From positions 1,360,657 to 1,424,656 of the forward strand of contig RDEW01000005.1 in NCBI GenBank assembly GCA_011109175.1: 64,000 nucleotides of DNA, in the 5' to 3' direction. The position numbers were made by a program, and so were the translations under genes. The DNA comes from Dicyema japonicum (taxonomy: Eukaryota > Animalia > Dicyemida). The notes below the pieces were generated by a model that saw only the letters and a program-made list of their open reading frames with translations, made no database searches and was not told the origin of the DNA. The stretch's first letter is position 1. Every line of letters starts with the position of its first letter. Shown here in pieces: positions 1-12,130 of this stretch.

Positions 1-4
1 AATT

Positions 5-28
5 GAGGGACGTTACCACCTCAGCCAC
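5..28 (-). mobile_element. 5' terminus of an RTE LINE that continues beyond the window start
   Basis: Reverse complement GTGGCTGAGGTGGTAACGTCCCTC closely matches the 5' end of the full-length RTE at 25356 (TTGGTTGAAGTGGTGACGTCCCTC). Confidence 0.45.
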
Positions 29-739
29 TTTCTTGCATAACTAAAATCAAGAATAAAAAGGAATATTTGGATGCTGAAAAGTGACTCTCAATCCTCACTG
101 AATCAGTTATAAGTCATAATCTTACTATTATCGTGGTCATTTGCCCGAATCGCTGAAAGTCACCCTCTATAACTCATCTTTATTCTTTTTCTCAACGTCA
201 GAATCAATCCTATCTCTTACCCAATGAGATATACTCATAATAATCACATCCACGGGTTGATTTGAAACATGAATAAATTTTTAGATTGTCCTCAACTTCT
301 ATATTCACCTGATTAGTCATCATTTGAGTGATTTAAATGAATCTTCTTCGAGATCACTTAGAGTAAACTCCTGCGAAGTCATAATAATTATATAATTTTC
401 ACTTCCAACACGGATCCACAATAGCTTGGAGAAAGAATTCATTGAAGACAATGAAAGATGTTTCGGGAGAGGTTACAGCAATGAAGGAATTTCATTCAAA
501 ACGTCACCACCTCAACCTTCAGATCATCATTCATTTGACTAACCAACAATCCTCTGATCCAGTTATTTTCTAGTATTGTCATGAAAAAGCTTTTCATATA
601 AATATGATCATCCCATCTCCCCCAGTTCTTAATAATGGTATATTCCGTTACTTATCTTACCATTATAACCTCACAATTGTAAGACAAAGTAGAAGGAAGA
701 CAAAACACAGGGCAACAACGGAGAAATTACGAAAGGACT

Positions 740-1110
740 CGAATCAGCTGAATATCTGGTACAACTGGAACCCCTCGGGATAGACAACAAAACAGAAAAC
801 CCGACGGGACGACTTTTTCCCAAGGAAGAGTTGTAAATACCTCACCTAAGACCCCATTTATGTAATAGGATCGACCACAACGAAACCAAAAACCCCTAAA
901 ATACGCAACAATAAAAAAACATATTGTATTTAAACGTATCTCAGTTAAACCACAGAGATTTTAAGACCAAATTGAATTCTTCCTAATACCATCCGATCGT
1001 TGATATTAAAAAGAGGATAGATACCCTTGAAGAGGGATGACTGGTTGAGAGCGCATTTTCATACAAATCGTAAAAAGAGGTAGTTGTAACACTTTGGGGG
1101 AATAAATCAC
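740..1110 (+). mobile_element. Degenerate 3' fragments of a CRE-like RLE non-LTR element
   Basis: Frameshifted remnants of the LEPLG..PDG (PD-D/ExK nuclease) region and of the DPRE..WL..RI.I.I.RG C-terminal motif, shared with the other CRE copies in the window. Confidence 0.5.
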
Positions 1111-1165
1111 GGACTTAATTAGTAAAAAAATCAAAAGTCAATAAATATGAATTAATAAAATTAAG

Positions 1166-1657
1166 TTAATTCAGCTTGTTTAAGCTCCAACATTTGAGGA
1201 GTGAGATCGAATAAACAACACAGGTGCATCCAAAAGAGGAAAGTGTGAAGGCCGTTACATAGCGAATGTAACTCCAATTAATAAATCCGGAAATTGTCTC
1301 AAGAGTTGGGAGATTTATTAAAAATAAGGGAATCGAGAAAGTGCCGAATGAGCAGATCCCAAAAATGTACATTTTTAGGAGAAAGTAGGAACTCTTTTTG
1401 AGAGAATAAATGAGCAAAGGAAACAATAAAAAATTTAAAGATAATAAAATGATTATTCCCTTATTGAAAGTAGATGATTTATCGAACATAAAGTAAAATA
1501 CAAAAAACACGTGCATACAAAAATGAATAGCCGATACTTTTTTCAGACGATTTTTTAAACAAGAACTAAAATTGATTTTTGAAGAAAACCTATTTTTATA
1601 GCGGTCATGAATAGTTTCTCGATATTTGAATTCATTATTATCAGTGTCAGTGCTCAT
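1166..1657 (-). CDS. Single-exon 163-aa multi-pass membrane protein, unknown family
   Basis: ATG-to-TAA ORF flanked by very AT-rich non-coding DNA. Basic N-terminal ~40 aa followed by about four hydrophobic stretches. No similarity to the local transposons. Confidence 0.55.
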   Translation of the reverse strand: MSTDTDNNEFKYRETIHDRYKNRFSSKINFSSCLKNRLKKVSAIHFCMHVFFVFYFMFDKSSTFNKGIIILLSLNFLLFPLLIYSLKKSSYFLLKMYIFGICSFGTFSIPLFLINLPTLETISGFINWSYIRYVTAFTLSSFGCTCVVYSISLLKCWSLNKLN

Positions 1658-1743
1658 AAAAACAAGAAACGAAACTTAAATTTTAAAATAATTTATATAA
1701 ATTAATTTTAAGATATTTTTATTACTAATAAACCAATCTTTTT

Positions 1744-4125
1744 TTGGTTGAGCTGGTGATGGGGCTCTGTTAAACATATGTCAAAAAACACGGACAGAAA
1801 AGAAAAACATACACTCGACTTGAACATTTTTGGAGACTCCTTACCAATACAGATTCGTCCAACTATCCTGGGAGTGACATTTGACCCTTTGATGACATTT
1901 TCTCAACATGTGAAGAACGTTATGACAAAGGGTCTCAGGAAACTTAATATAATCAAACCGCTCTTGAAGTCCAAACCTTCACATGAATGCGCCCTCGTCG
2001 TGTTCAATCAACTAAAACCGACGATTGAGTACGCTTGTGCCTCATGGGCCTATGGAGCTTCGATATCAAATTCACTCAAGATCAATACCCTAATTGGAAA
2101 ACTAGCACGTCAAACGAATCTACCCCCCGATCTTTTCCCTCCAGTGCTTGACCACGCCGCAATCAAAAATAATGGCTCCGGCTTCATCGGTCTGTGTGGC
2201 CAAGAAACAAGTCGTTTCTTCCATTCAAGGCTAAAGGCTTCAAATACACGAAATTTAGGGAAAAACCCCACTCCTCTTCAAACCCTAATGAAAGATGATC
2301 GTCGTATATTCAGGAAAGCCGTGGGTACTCTGGAGGAACACAGGAAAAACCTCTCGATCCTGTTGAGGCGTACCGGGATCACTTAATTAGTTGGTTTACT
2401 CCTTCTTTCTTGGTGTTCACTTTTCGGGGTTATTAAATAATAAATAATGTCAAAAAACACTCATTACGAACATTCGAGAACTTATGAGGCTAATGACATT
2501 TAACGTACGTGGAATATCAAACGATTGGGATAGGAAAGTGCTTTGTGACGATCTCGAGAAATACAAAATATCTATTGGCTGCGTACAAGAGACGAAAATG
2601 GAAAAGGGGCGCGATGAAACGTGGAACAACTACCGACTGATTCTCTTCCCGAGTGAATGCAAACACTACGGGTTGGAATTTGCCTTACACGTGGATTACC
2701 TCAAAAAATTTCATCGTTATTGGAGAGTCAACGACAGAATATGTGTCCTACAAGTCAAACTAATGAGTCCAAGAGTCTTTTAACAATCATAAATGTCTAT
2801 GCACCACACTGCGGGCGAGGAATCAAGAACCCTATTGAGTTCGAGGAATTCTAATCATAACTTTCAAGCACATATTCGAATAATGCGTCCTCGTCCCTTG
2901 TTTTTGTGCGGGAGATATTAATGAAAAGGCCGGAATGGGACCCGAAGAATCCTCCATTGGAATACATGGGCGCGGAAAGAGAAATGCATCAGGAGCCTCT
3001 CTTGTGAACTTCTGCAAGGAAAATAGTCTATTCCTGTGCAACACGGTCTTCACGCACTCAGCTCGCCACAAGATGACATGGCACGGACAAAGGAAAAACT
3101 CTGTTGGGGAGACCATGAATATATATAATCAAGTCGATTACATTGTCTGTCGATAGTCGGATAAACACTTTCTTCCTGTAGTTTCAAAACAACAATTGGG
3201 ACACCCCAGGGTGATTCCCTCTCCCCTTTCTATTCGCCATACATCTTGAATCTGCACTCCGCGATGTCCGTAAATGCAATATAGGAGACGTAAAAGAGAC
3301 ATCTTATGCGGATGATGTAGATCTGTATCACGGGACACGACCGCACTTCAACACCTACTAGAAAATGCACCTGCGAAGCTTGAGAAATGGTTTCTTAGCG
3401 TAAATGTAAACAAAACTGAAATTATAGAAATCAAAATAGACGATATTACTCATGAAAGATGGAGATGTACTAATAAGCTCGGTTCTCTACTAGGAGACGC
3501 TGAAGATGTACTAAAGAGGAAAACACTGGCAAATGAGGCAATGGCTAAACTGAAGAAAGGATGGCTAAGGGCCAAAGGACTTGGAATTGACATCAAATGC
3601 AGGCTTTACAACGCCTTTGTGAAACCGATCCTACTGTACAACGCTGGAACTTGTGGAAGTTCCTTCAAAGAACTAATGAAACTAGATTTGTTCCATGGAA
3701 GGCAACTAAGAAGCTTACTCGGAATGGAGTTGCCATGTAGAATATCAACCACTGGTATATACAACAAGTGTATGTGTTCGTACATCAGCAAGGATGTGAT
3801 AGATGCCCGGTGGAGGCTATTTGGACATGTGTTAAGAATGAACCAAGACGCACCAACTAACAAAGCGATGGAAGATTACTTTGACAGTTGCGACAAACCC
3901 TCCCGCGGACTACCAAGAACGATACTGCCGATTGTCTTAAACAAAGATTTAAACCAGGTGAAAAAAAAGCTCAAAACGGGGGATGACCTATACGAATTGA
4001 GATCACTCGCATACGACAGAGGAAAATGGAAAAGACTAACTATAAATATTGTTTCTTTGAGTGTTGCACATGCGGGACTATAATCATTATGGCTTTCGTG
4101 AAAGTGCTTTAATAATAATAATAAC
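1744..4125 (+). mobile_element. RTE-clade LINE, internally deleted and frameshifted, with a nested insertion
   Basis: Starts with TTGGTTGAGCTGGTG. APE motifs TFNVRGI, CVQETK, AGDIN, QVDYI. RT remnant YADD region. C-terminal RWRLFGHVLRM and RGLPRTILP. Ends GGCTTTCGTGAAAGTGC plus (TAA)n. Confidence 0.85.
1792..2446 (+). mobile_element. 5'-truncated Vingi/Ingi-like LINE inserted at the RTE start codon
   Basis: 14-bp target-site duplication ATGTCAAAAAACAC at 1778-1791 and 2447-2460. RT C-terminal motif ILGVTFDPLMTFSQHV. Family 3' UTR GGGATCACTTAATTAGTT and an AT-rich tail. Confidence 0.8.
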
Positions 4126-4329
4126 CTAATGCATCATCAAAATTCTAAAAAATAGAAAAATACAGTTGAAGTCAACGACATTCAAAAACAATTGAGGTTT
4201 TATTGATTTATTTTAGATTATTTAGGTTTCGAAATGTTATTCTACTCCAATATATGTTGTGCTGGTTNAGGGTCCGCTTTAAAACAGTAGACTGCAGATA
4301 GTCCTGGATCTTCCTACTAACTCTAACTG

Positions 4330-5520
4330 TTTTAGATAACTATTATGGTACTTTGTTGCAATTCCTACACACCTCATCGGAATAACGAGAACCTTGCAAC
4401 CACTATCTGCCCCATCTTGTTTGCAAACAAGACATACTTCCTATTTTCTTTACCTCCACAGTGTGCAGGCAGTCTCGGGACGTAATGCCAACTTTTATGA
4501 TAAGGACTTGGCCAGACTCCATATCCACAATGTCCGGTTTATTGTGCTTGACTAGCTCCGGGGTTAGAATAATAGTGTCTACCTTGATTTGGACTTTGGT
4601 GTTCTCTACTACAGACTGCACCTTACGAGTTCCAAACTTCCTGGTGTAGCGAATACCATACTTATTGCATAGTAGAAGATGAAAACTCCTTACTACCTCG
4701 ACATGTTCCTTGACTTATAAGGGAGACATGTATTTGTTAATCGACCCAAAAAAATATTGCGGTCTCGCATATTTGTGTGAAACACCTCCGATGGAAATAA
4801 TTTGTCACCGTATTTTAGCAATGCTGTCGACGACTTAAGGGTTTGTCCATTGCTTGAGGACCTTATGAAGGCTTTTTAAGTTGATCCTTTGAATTAAATT
4901 ATTATATTGTAATTCGATCAACGCCTTCACTTACTAGCCCACCACTATCAATACCATACTTAGCAGACAAAAAGGTCTGACAGTGCCTAGGTAGGTTGCC
5001 TATTTTTCATTATGGCGTGCTTCCTAGCAGACATATTTGACCCAGCTATCAGTGTGTCGTGTATTCGCATAGGGATGCGCTCACTTAGTTGGACTACTCC
5101 ACACTGTCCACAGCCAAAGTTCTCATGGGGTAAATATAGTCTCTCCTTGTTGGCTGCCAGCACATGGACATAGTTTTCTCTAAGTACTCCACAGATAAAA
5201 ACATCAACCTCATCATACCCTTTGGGATCAAACTCCACAACACCTATGTAGTAGTTTAGAAGTGAGATAGCATACTCATTTAATGCTAGGAACAAATTTT
5301 CTGCATTTAGAGACGTCTCACATGAAATGTCGCACGCCGAAATCAACACCGAGCCGTAAGTGATACTCTGACAGCTGTCATCCGAGTTGACACTCAGCTG
5401 ATATTTGAAGTTCTTGGTCTTCTCAATCTCAGAATTCAAGATGAAAAGCAATCTCCACGTGATATCCCTGAAAGAAAGCATAATTGTTTCTTGATGAGAA
5501 AATTCCGTGATTCATGTGCC
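4330..5520 (-). mobile_element. R4/Dong-like RLE non-LTR element, degenerate
   Basis: LNAENLF..NEYAISLLNYYIGV and KERLYLP thumb region. RLE core KHNKPDI..IKVGITS..VEVKK in ORFs 4987-5481 and 4403-4621. Confidence 0.75.
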
Positions 5521-5571
5521 GCGTAAGTCTTTTATAAATCAACTTCTCCATGATTTTTGAAATTGAATTTA

Positions 5572-5830
5572 TTAGACTAAGTATATAGCCGTTATCGATT
5601 TTCCTGGTTTTGGGATCATCCGAATAATGGAATCATTCCAAACTTGAGGTAGATATTTCATGTTGAGACTTGCTCCAAATAAGTAACAGAGGATTTCAAA
5701 AAGACAACCCGGACCCTTCTTGTATAATTTTAGCCGAATCCCGTACATTCGATGAGTTTTATCTTGGCACTCCATAATAGTTTGTTTCATCAAAGAATTT
5801 ACTACATGTCACCTATCATCAAATCAACAC
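5572..5830 (-). mobile_element. LINE RT N-terminal fragment (Vingi/Jockey-like)
   Basis: PQVWNDSIIRMIPKPGK, a typical RT domain 1 motif. Confidence 0.5.
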
Positions 5831-6539
5831 TAATTGCTTTCTAATCAAAAATTAAAGAATGTATTTTTTAAGTCTATATTTTCTTGACTCGACTCATGTT
5901 GACTATTTTCAATTCTCCTGATTCTGCCTTAATCTGTGATAAAAATTAAATAAACCTCTATTCGGTTGTTTGACAAAATTCACCACGGGACGCGACATTT
6001 TCGGTTACATAATTTTTTACATCGTCTTAACTTTGCCCGAATGCGACTTCGTCCTGAAATTTACAGCTTGATATGGTTAGGGACAGCAGCTTTAGGACTT
6101 CCAGAGAAAACAGGTTTAGCAAAACAATGTAGATACTCATCCATGTTTGCCTTTACATAGTCCACATCACCGGTCAACAACATAGATGTCGATAAAGAAC
6201 ATAGTTTGTTCGTCGTGAAATTCCTGTAATGACTCTAGTTGACATTATTAGTATCAAATTTTATACAATACAGCAATGCATGGTAATTTAGAGTAATGAA
6301 TTGTTCGAATATAAGCTCTATGTTTTTAGAAAGGTTTATTTAATTAACCAAATATTTTCAGACATATTCTTATAATTAATAATCAAATGATTAAACTAAG
6401 AATGTTCTAGCTACGTAAAACAAATAGGCCACCTAGTTCTCCATTCCATTCTTCATAAGGATTTCACTTAATATCCATAACATTCACAGCCTCACATTAT
6501 TTGGCTTTTCTTTCCAAAAAAGGATTAGACCATCTTTCT

Positions 6540-7400
6540 AAACTGACTAAATTTATTGCTGATGGATTAAATAAATCTCCTTAAAGAACAATCATTGAGT
6601 CTTCATTTAACAAGCTTACCAACAACACTTCTTTTTTAGGCCGATGATATTATAATTGCCTCTCCCTACCGCGACGCATCCGCTACTTATATGGTAATGA
6701 AAAAACATTGACAAAATTTCTTTTTCGATGGACCAAAATCTCCTCATCCAATCTAGTTAAAAGTCATCAATAATGCTTTCAACTAGAAACAATCGTCAAT
6801 TCAACTTATCTAAAGACAATTTATCAACGATGAACTATGCTGTATCTGTCTGTTGTCCCTTTTTATCAATAAAAACGTCGAAAAAAATACAAACGACTCA
6901 AAACTCTGCTCTAAGAATAATTACTGGAAGTATAAAAACCACACAAACTGACCACCTAGGCTGGGAATCAAAAATTCTTCGAATTAGGGAACATTTCAAA
7001 ATGCTCAGTCTACAATTTCTTGACAAGTGAAAAACACTGGGACATCAAGCTCGCTGCCTTTGGATCTCAAAACAAAAGGAGAATTATTCCTACTCTTGGT
7101 GATCAAATTCTGATTGTAAAAACCATCCCTGAGACTACATAAAACAATGGTCATCACTTGAATTTACACTAATATCTGCACAGGATTGGACAATCTTCTT
7201 CTCCACTATCTCCAAGTGCTTTCTTGACAACTAGAAGACGGGTTACCCCTTCTCTTGTCCGGTTGCAACTCCTAGTACTCTATAGAACCAAATATACATG
7301 TCAGATCTTTGGGAGTGTTCGCTCTTGGCTGTAACGTTTTTGTTAGTCACTTGTTTCTTTCATTTGAAGGGACCGGGGGTAATCAAATAATAAATAAAAT
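6540..7400 (+). mobile_element. Vingi-like LINE 3' fragment
   Basis: Decayed FLG.ADDI, then QTTQNSALRIITG, then a degenerate YLHRIG..SP.. CCHC region, the family 3' UTR and a TAAATAA tail. Confidence 0.7.
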
Positions 7401-8084
7401 CTGTACGAGTCCATCTTTAACAAATATCAAGTAGCACCATCCAGATCTTCTTGACTGATATTTCCTAAGTACATCGGAAAACTGTATCGAAGCCAAAAAT
7501 TTTGATTTCAGAAGTCGACTTTGAGTTTATCAGAGATCGTTTATTAAAATATTAAATAAGGCATACGTTCTAAAATTAATGCTCATTTGAGATCTCAAAA
7601 TTCGAAGAATTTGTAAATTTTCAATCACATTAAATTTAAGAATTGATATCTTTGAGAAGTTATGTTTGATAATCATTGATTACTTTAAGATCTAATAACC
7701 GCCAAATATGTAAGGCGAACTAAATGAGTTCAAATGTAGGAAGCAAATACAAGTTCGCTCACTCGAGATAGAACATTGCAAATTTAAGGAAATACACGGG
7801 CGTCAAGTGATCGACCTTCTTAAACAACCATCTCACCTTTGCTAGATGTTCGTCTCAAGATCTGGCCCACTTCCTGTACGCTCGTGTTATTTTTGGAAAC
7901 TTTGGAAATGTCATCATGGCTCCCTTTTCCTCACAAGTGCCTCGAAGGGAAGATGTAAGTAAGACTCCTCCTAGTGATTTTCTGCTTATGCTTTCAGTTG
8001 CTTATGCCTCGTTTTTATTCAAATTGGTTAAAATAATTTGGTTAAAACCCTTGTAAAATTAAGTTATCTAATTAAATGACTAAA

Positions 8085-9267
8085 TTATTCGATTATGGGA
8101 TAAATGGCGTAGAAAGGAAACCCACAGTTATTCTTCTCTCGTGCCATTTTCATGTAGCCAAATATACCCCATATTTCCCCCCATCCATTCTTTATGAGCC
8201 AATACTTTTCTCCATTTGATACTCCATAACCGACGACAGAAACTAGATGGTTATACTTTAAATTTATGCAATTTTTGATATGGAAAACTCCTAAACATTT
8301 CATGTATATTTTTACCTCCAAAATACCATTTAAATCTTTTCATAGAACCTGCAACACCAACACTTACAGGACCAACATCCACGAGAACTTGCAAAAGCAT
8401 TCTTTCATCACCTGTTTTAAGTATTTTATAACCAGTCAAATTAAATTTAATATCTGGTTGACCCTCATATTTGCATTTACTCCTCTACACAATTATTTGT
8501 GGAAAAATTACCTTTGCCATATATGGATATCGTTTTTCAGAATTAATTCCTCCGTTTTTTTTAACGTAATCATAAGCTTGTTCGGGACTTCCTCCTGTAG
8601 ATCCCGGTATATGAGAGCAATCAACTAGATTTTGTTCGCTCATAGATACAAGTATATTATGTTTGATCGCCAAATGTGACTCCAACGTAGCCACCTAAAT
8701 ACGTTAAACAGTCCTTAACTGCGCCAAATGCAAAGCATGACCCCAAAACCAATCCTTGCGATTTTATATCAGTTACAACGTTTCGTTTTATCCAATTTAA
8801 GGACAAATGATATTTTCTTTCATTTACATGCACTTTATAATCTCCGAGTAGTTTGTCTTCAAGTGTATCATGAGAATTGTAAGTATTATATAAATTGAAT
8901 TCGTTTGGTTTGATAAATTCTCTTCTGGTCTACAAAAATATATTGTAAATAAACCAAGTCAGCAAACTGATTAATTCCCAATTCATACAAAAATTTTCCT
9001 TTATTAAAAAGTGAATTGTGGTTGTCAATAAATCTCAAGTTTTCAGTAAAAATAGCCTTTCTAACTTGGAGTTCTAAGCCAGAATATGATTTATCTGTAA
9101 AATAAGTAAAAATAAATTTAACTATATTTTTCTATGAAATTATTCCATTGGATTTCATAATATTCATCGTCCTTAAGTGAATAATTGATTGATTCGTATT
9201 TGAAATGAATTTTAGATGAAATGAAGTAATGAAATAAAAAGTAAAAAATGAAAATTAGGGCAATCAT
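8085..9267 (-). CDS. CTSL: Cathepsin L-like C1A cysteine protease, 6 exons
   Basis: Hydrophobic signal peptide, ERFNIN and GINQFADL prodomain motifs, catalytic Cys ([11 protein letters not shown]), His ([11 protein letters not shown]) and Asn (WLIKNGWG). Introns 9095-9122 (28 nt), 8930-8954 (25), 8695-8719 (25), 8485-8511 (27) and 8291-8315 (25) give one continuous ORF. Confidence 0.93.
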
Positions 9268-9906
9268 TATAATTAATACAATTTATTTTTTATTTGAATA
9301 CATTAAATAATCTTTCTTTTAATTTTATGAATTTTATTAATTACTAAATCAGTAAATTATCATAATATGTAGAATTTCAATCCAAATTGTTGCTAATCAC
9401 ATCAAGTTGTTTCTAGCACTTAAAAATTATTAAATCTTGCACTAATAAGAAAAAAAGAACTTAAAAGGATAACATCTAGCATTTAAAAATATAAAAATTA
9501 AAGGATCTTAGTTGTCGTATAATAAAATGTAACATTTCACCAAGTGTGACCAACTGGAACAGATTAACGGGATCTTCTGTTCGACAGCGGAGCGTATCTT
9601 CAACGTCCGGTTCGAGGATTAGTCATAGAAGTAAGCCACTCTGCCTGTAAGACTCAGATGGCTTAGAATTCGCAACCCTGTAGACGTTTCTCTTCCTGCA
9701 TATCTCTCGTCGCTAATGGCCTGTAACACCCTTCTCAAGAGGATTATACACTCCCTCCCTAAATTCTCTATTGACCAGGACGCCGGCCATGCTCGTGAGG
9801 CCTGGAGCTGTACTTATCAGCTTACCCTGCCTTCCGCTCTCTCACCGGGCCCTAGGCGATGCTGTATGCGGGAATTCTTTCGAAAATTTGCTAGTGTCAT
9901 CAAGCC

Positions 9907-11453
9907 CAGCGGTTCTCAACCTGGGGTCGATTCGACCCCCAGGGGTCTAAAATCAATCCAGATCGATCGTAACGGGGTCGAAATTGAAATACTTGGGGGT
10001 CGAAAATAAATTTAATATATTTAATTTTTTGTGTTGTGGAGTATGATGAGATGGATGTTATGATCCATGGAGTACCCAAAGAGAACCATGTCCATCTGCT
10101 GGCAGCCAATAAGGAGAGACTATATTTACCCCGTGATAAATTCGGCCGTGGACTGTAGTAGTCCAACTAAGTGAGCGTATCCTAATGCGAATGCACGACA
10201 CCCTGATAGCTGGGTCAAGTGTGTCTGCTAGGAAGCACGGCATAATAACGACCGAGAAAACACGGGCAACCCACTTAGGCACTATCAGACCGTTTTTGTC
10301 TGCTAAGTATGGTGTTGATGATGGTGGGCTAGTAAATGTGAAGGCGTTGATCGAATTACAATATAATAATTTGATGGAAAAGATCAACTTAAAAAGCCTT
10401 CATAAGGTCCTTTTCAGAGCATTGGACAACCCACATGTCGACCTTAAGTCGTCGACAATATGGCTAAATACGGTGATAACTCACCTCGATTGGAGGCGCT
10501 GTACACGTATACGCAAGACCGCAATATCTCATCAAACCATCTATATCAGTGATTCCATCAGATCTGATGGGTCTAAATTCCGACGAAATATTAAAGAATC
10601 CACGAAATGTCAGATAATGTTGAACATATTTCATGTGAAAGGCTTAAAAATACTATTTTTTCCCTTCAAATTGTCGAAAGTCATATATGTGACGACCAAT
10701 CAATTCTAATAGGATGTGTCATGTTAATTTTATTAGAAGCTTACCCTTTAAGATATTTTGACGATCATGCTCTTTTTACAGAAGATTTATTATTCGTCAA
10801 ATATTTGGAAACTGATACGACTGGATTTTCTATTTTTTCCGTAGTCAAATTATTTTTGGATGACAAGAAGATTCCATATAAAAATTTGGTTTTCATATGA
10901 AAATTTGTATATAAGAAAAATATTAAAGAGGAATTAATTATGTTAAAATTCAATCCAGAATTAAAACTATATTATAATGATTCACAATCACCCGTTATTT
11001 TTTGAAAGAGAGTTATCCAAAATTGTGGACAGAAATAGCACAATTGCTACTCTATTTTCCGACATCATACTGTGTTGAATGCGGATTTAGCATTCTACAT
11101 CGAATTGTAAATAAAGAACGAAACAGATTGGATGTGTCCACTAAAGGAGATATCCGGTTAAAAATAACACAGAGAGCCAGATATCGAATCTTTGGTCAAA
11201 AAACATCAGTCACAGGGATCCCAATGCTATTTAATTCTTTTTTTATTATAGATTTATGCTAAGATACCAACTTAACATCGAGTACTTTTTTTGTTTGATT
11301 TGATTATTAACAATGAATTCATTTTAGATAGTTAACTAATTTTACTTAGAATTGTCTGTTCTAAATAAAAAAGTTTTAAGGGGTCGATTAAATTTTAGGG
11401 GGGTCAAAAAAAAGTCAAGGGGTCGACGAGTAAAAAAAGGTTGAGAACCCCTG
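9907..11453 (+). mobile_element. Non-autonomous Buster/Charlie-type hAT DNA transposon
   Basis: 16-bp TIRs CAG(C/G)GGTTCTCAACCT. 8-bp TSD ATCAAGCC/ATCTAGCC. Repeated subterminal GGGGTCGA motifs at both ends. Dimerisation-domain remnant LLYFPTSYCVECGFS..NKERNRL at 11002-11262. Confidence 0.9.
10031..10530 (+). mobile_element. R4/Dong-like fragment carried inside the hAT
   Basis: HLLAANKERLYLPRDKFGRGL and SARKHGII..THLGTI..KSLHKVLF..SSTIWL; homologous to 4987-5481. Confidence 0.75.
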
Positions 11454-12130
11454 ATCTAGCCAACATCGCAGTGCCTGTTTGTTGTCGAGGGCATTTTCCG
11501 AGAGTGGTTCCTAGCTCAACGCCATTCCCAATGGAGTTTTGAGTACCTTCCTGGATGATGAATGTGTCCGTATTGGGATTTCATTACGACTGGGATTAAA
11601 AGTCTGTGTTCCACATCCTTGCCGATGCTGAGACCAGATCGACTGTTTTGATTAAACCCTCAGATTTCCTATACACATGGCTTTGAACGAAGTCGTTAGG
11701 CAACCTTTGGACGCTGCTCGATCCAGTCGGTCTTTGCAAGCGTGACGGAAAAAGACCAGATGAGATGACAATCTTTACTTTTGAAGCTGGAAGCCTCTTG
11801 TCTGGGACGTCATCTGCACCACGCATTTGTCCTTTGCATCCTACATCAGAGTGCTTCTGGGGTCTGCACAACCGTTGAGAGGGACAAGAAGTCAAAACGA
11901 GCAAAGTACCCGGTAATACCGAGGATTTCTTGTTTTTCCGCTCATGGTTGAAACTTCTGGTCACTGTGAGCTGGAATTCAAGAGTCGTCTAGGGAATCGG
12001 ATTTATACACGATTAGGAGACCCTCGTGAGGACTGTTGGTTATTTGAGCGAATCTCTATTACCATCCTGAGAGGGAATAGCCACGCAGTCAGGGCTGCCC
12101 CTATATGACCATTTGCTCACTTTTTTCCTT

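Larger units (their letters stand above)
9500..12125 (+). mobile_element. CRE-like RLE non-LTR element (3' half) interrupted by a hAT
   Basis: PVRxGGL-type region, LDDECVRIGISLRLG..VPHPCRC zinc motif, decayed PD..WD and VETSG nuclease motifs, terminal DPRE..LFERISI.ILRGNSHAV. Same family as 43930-44640. Confidence 0.8.
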
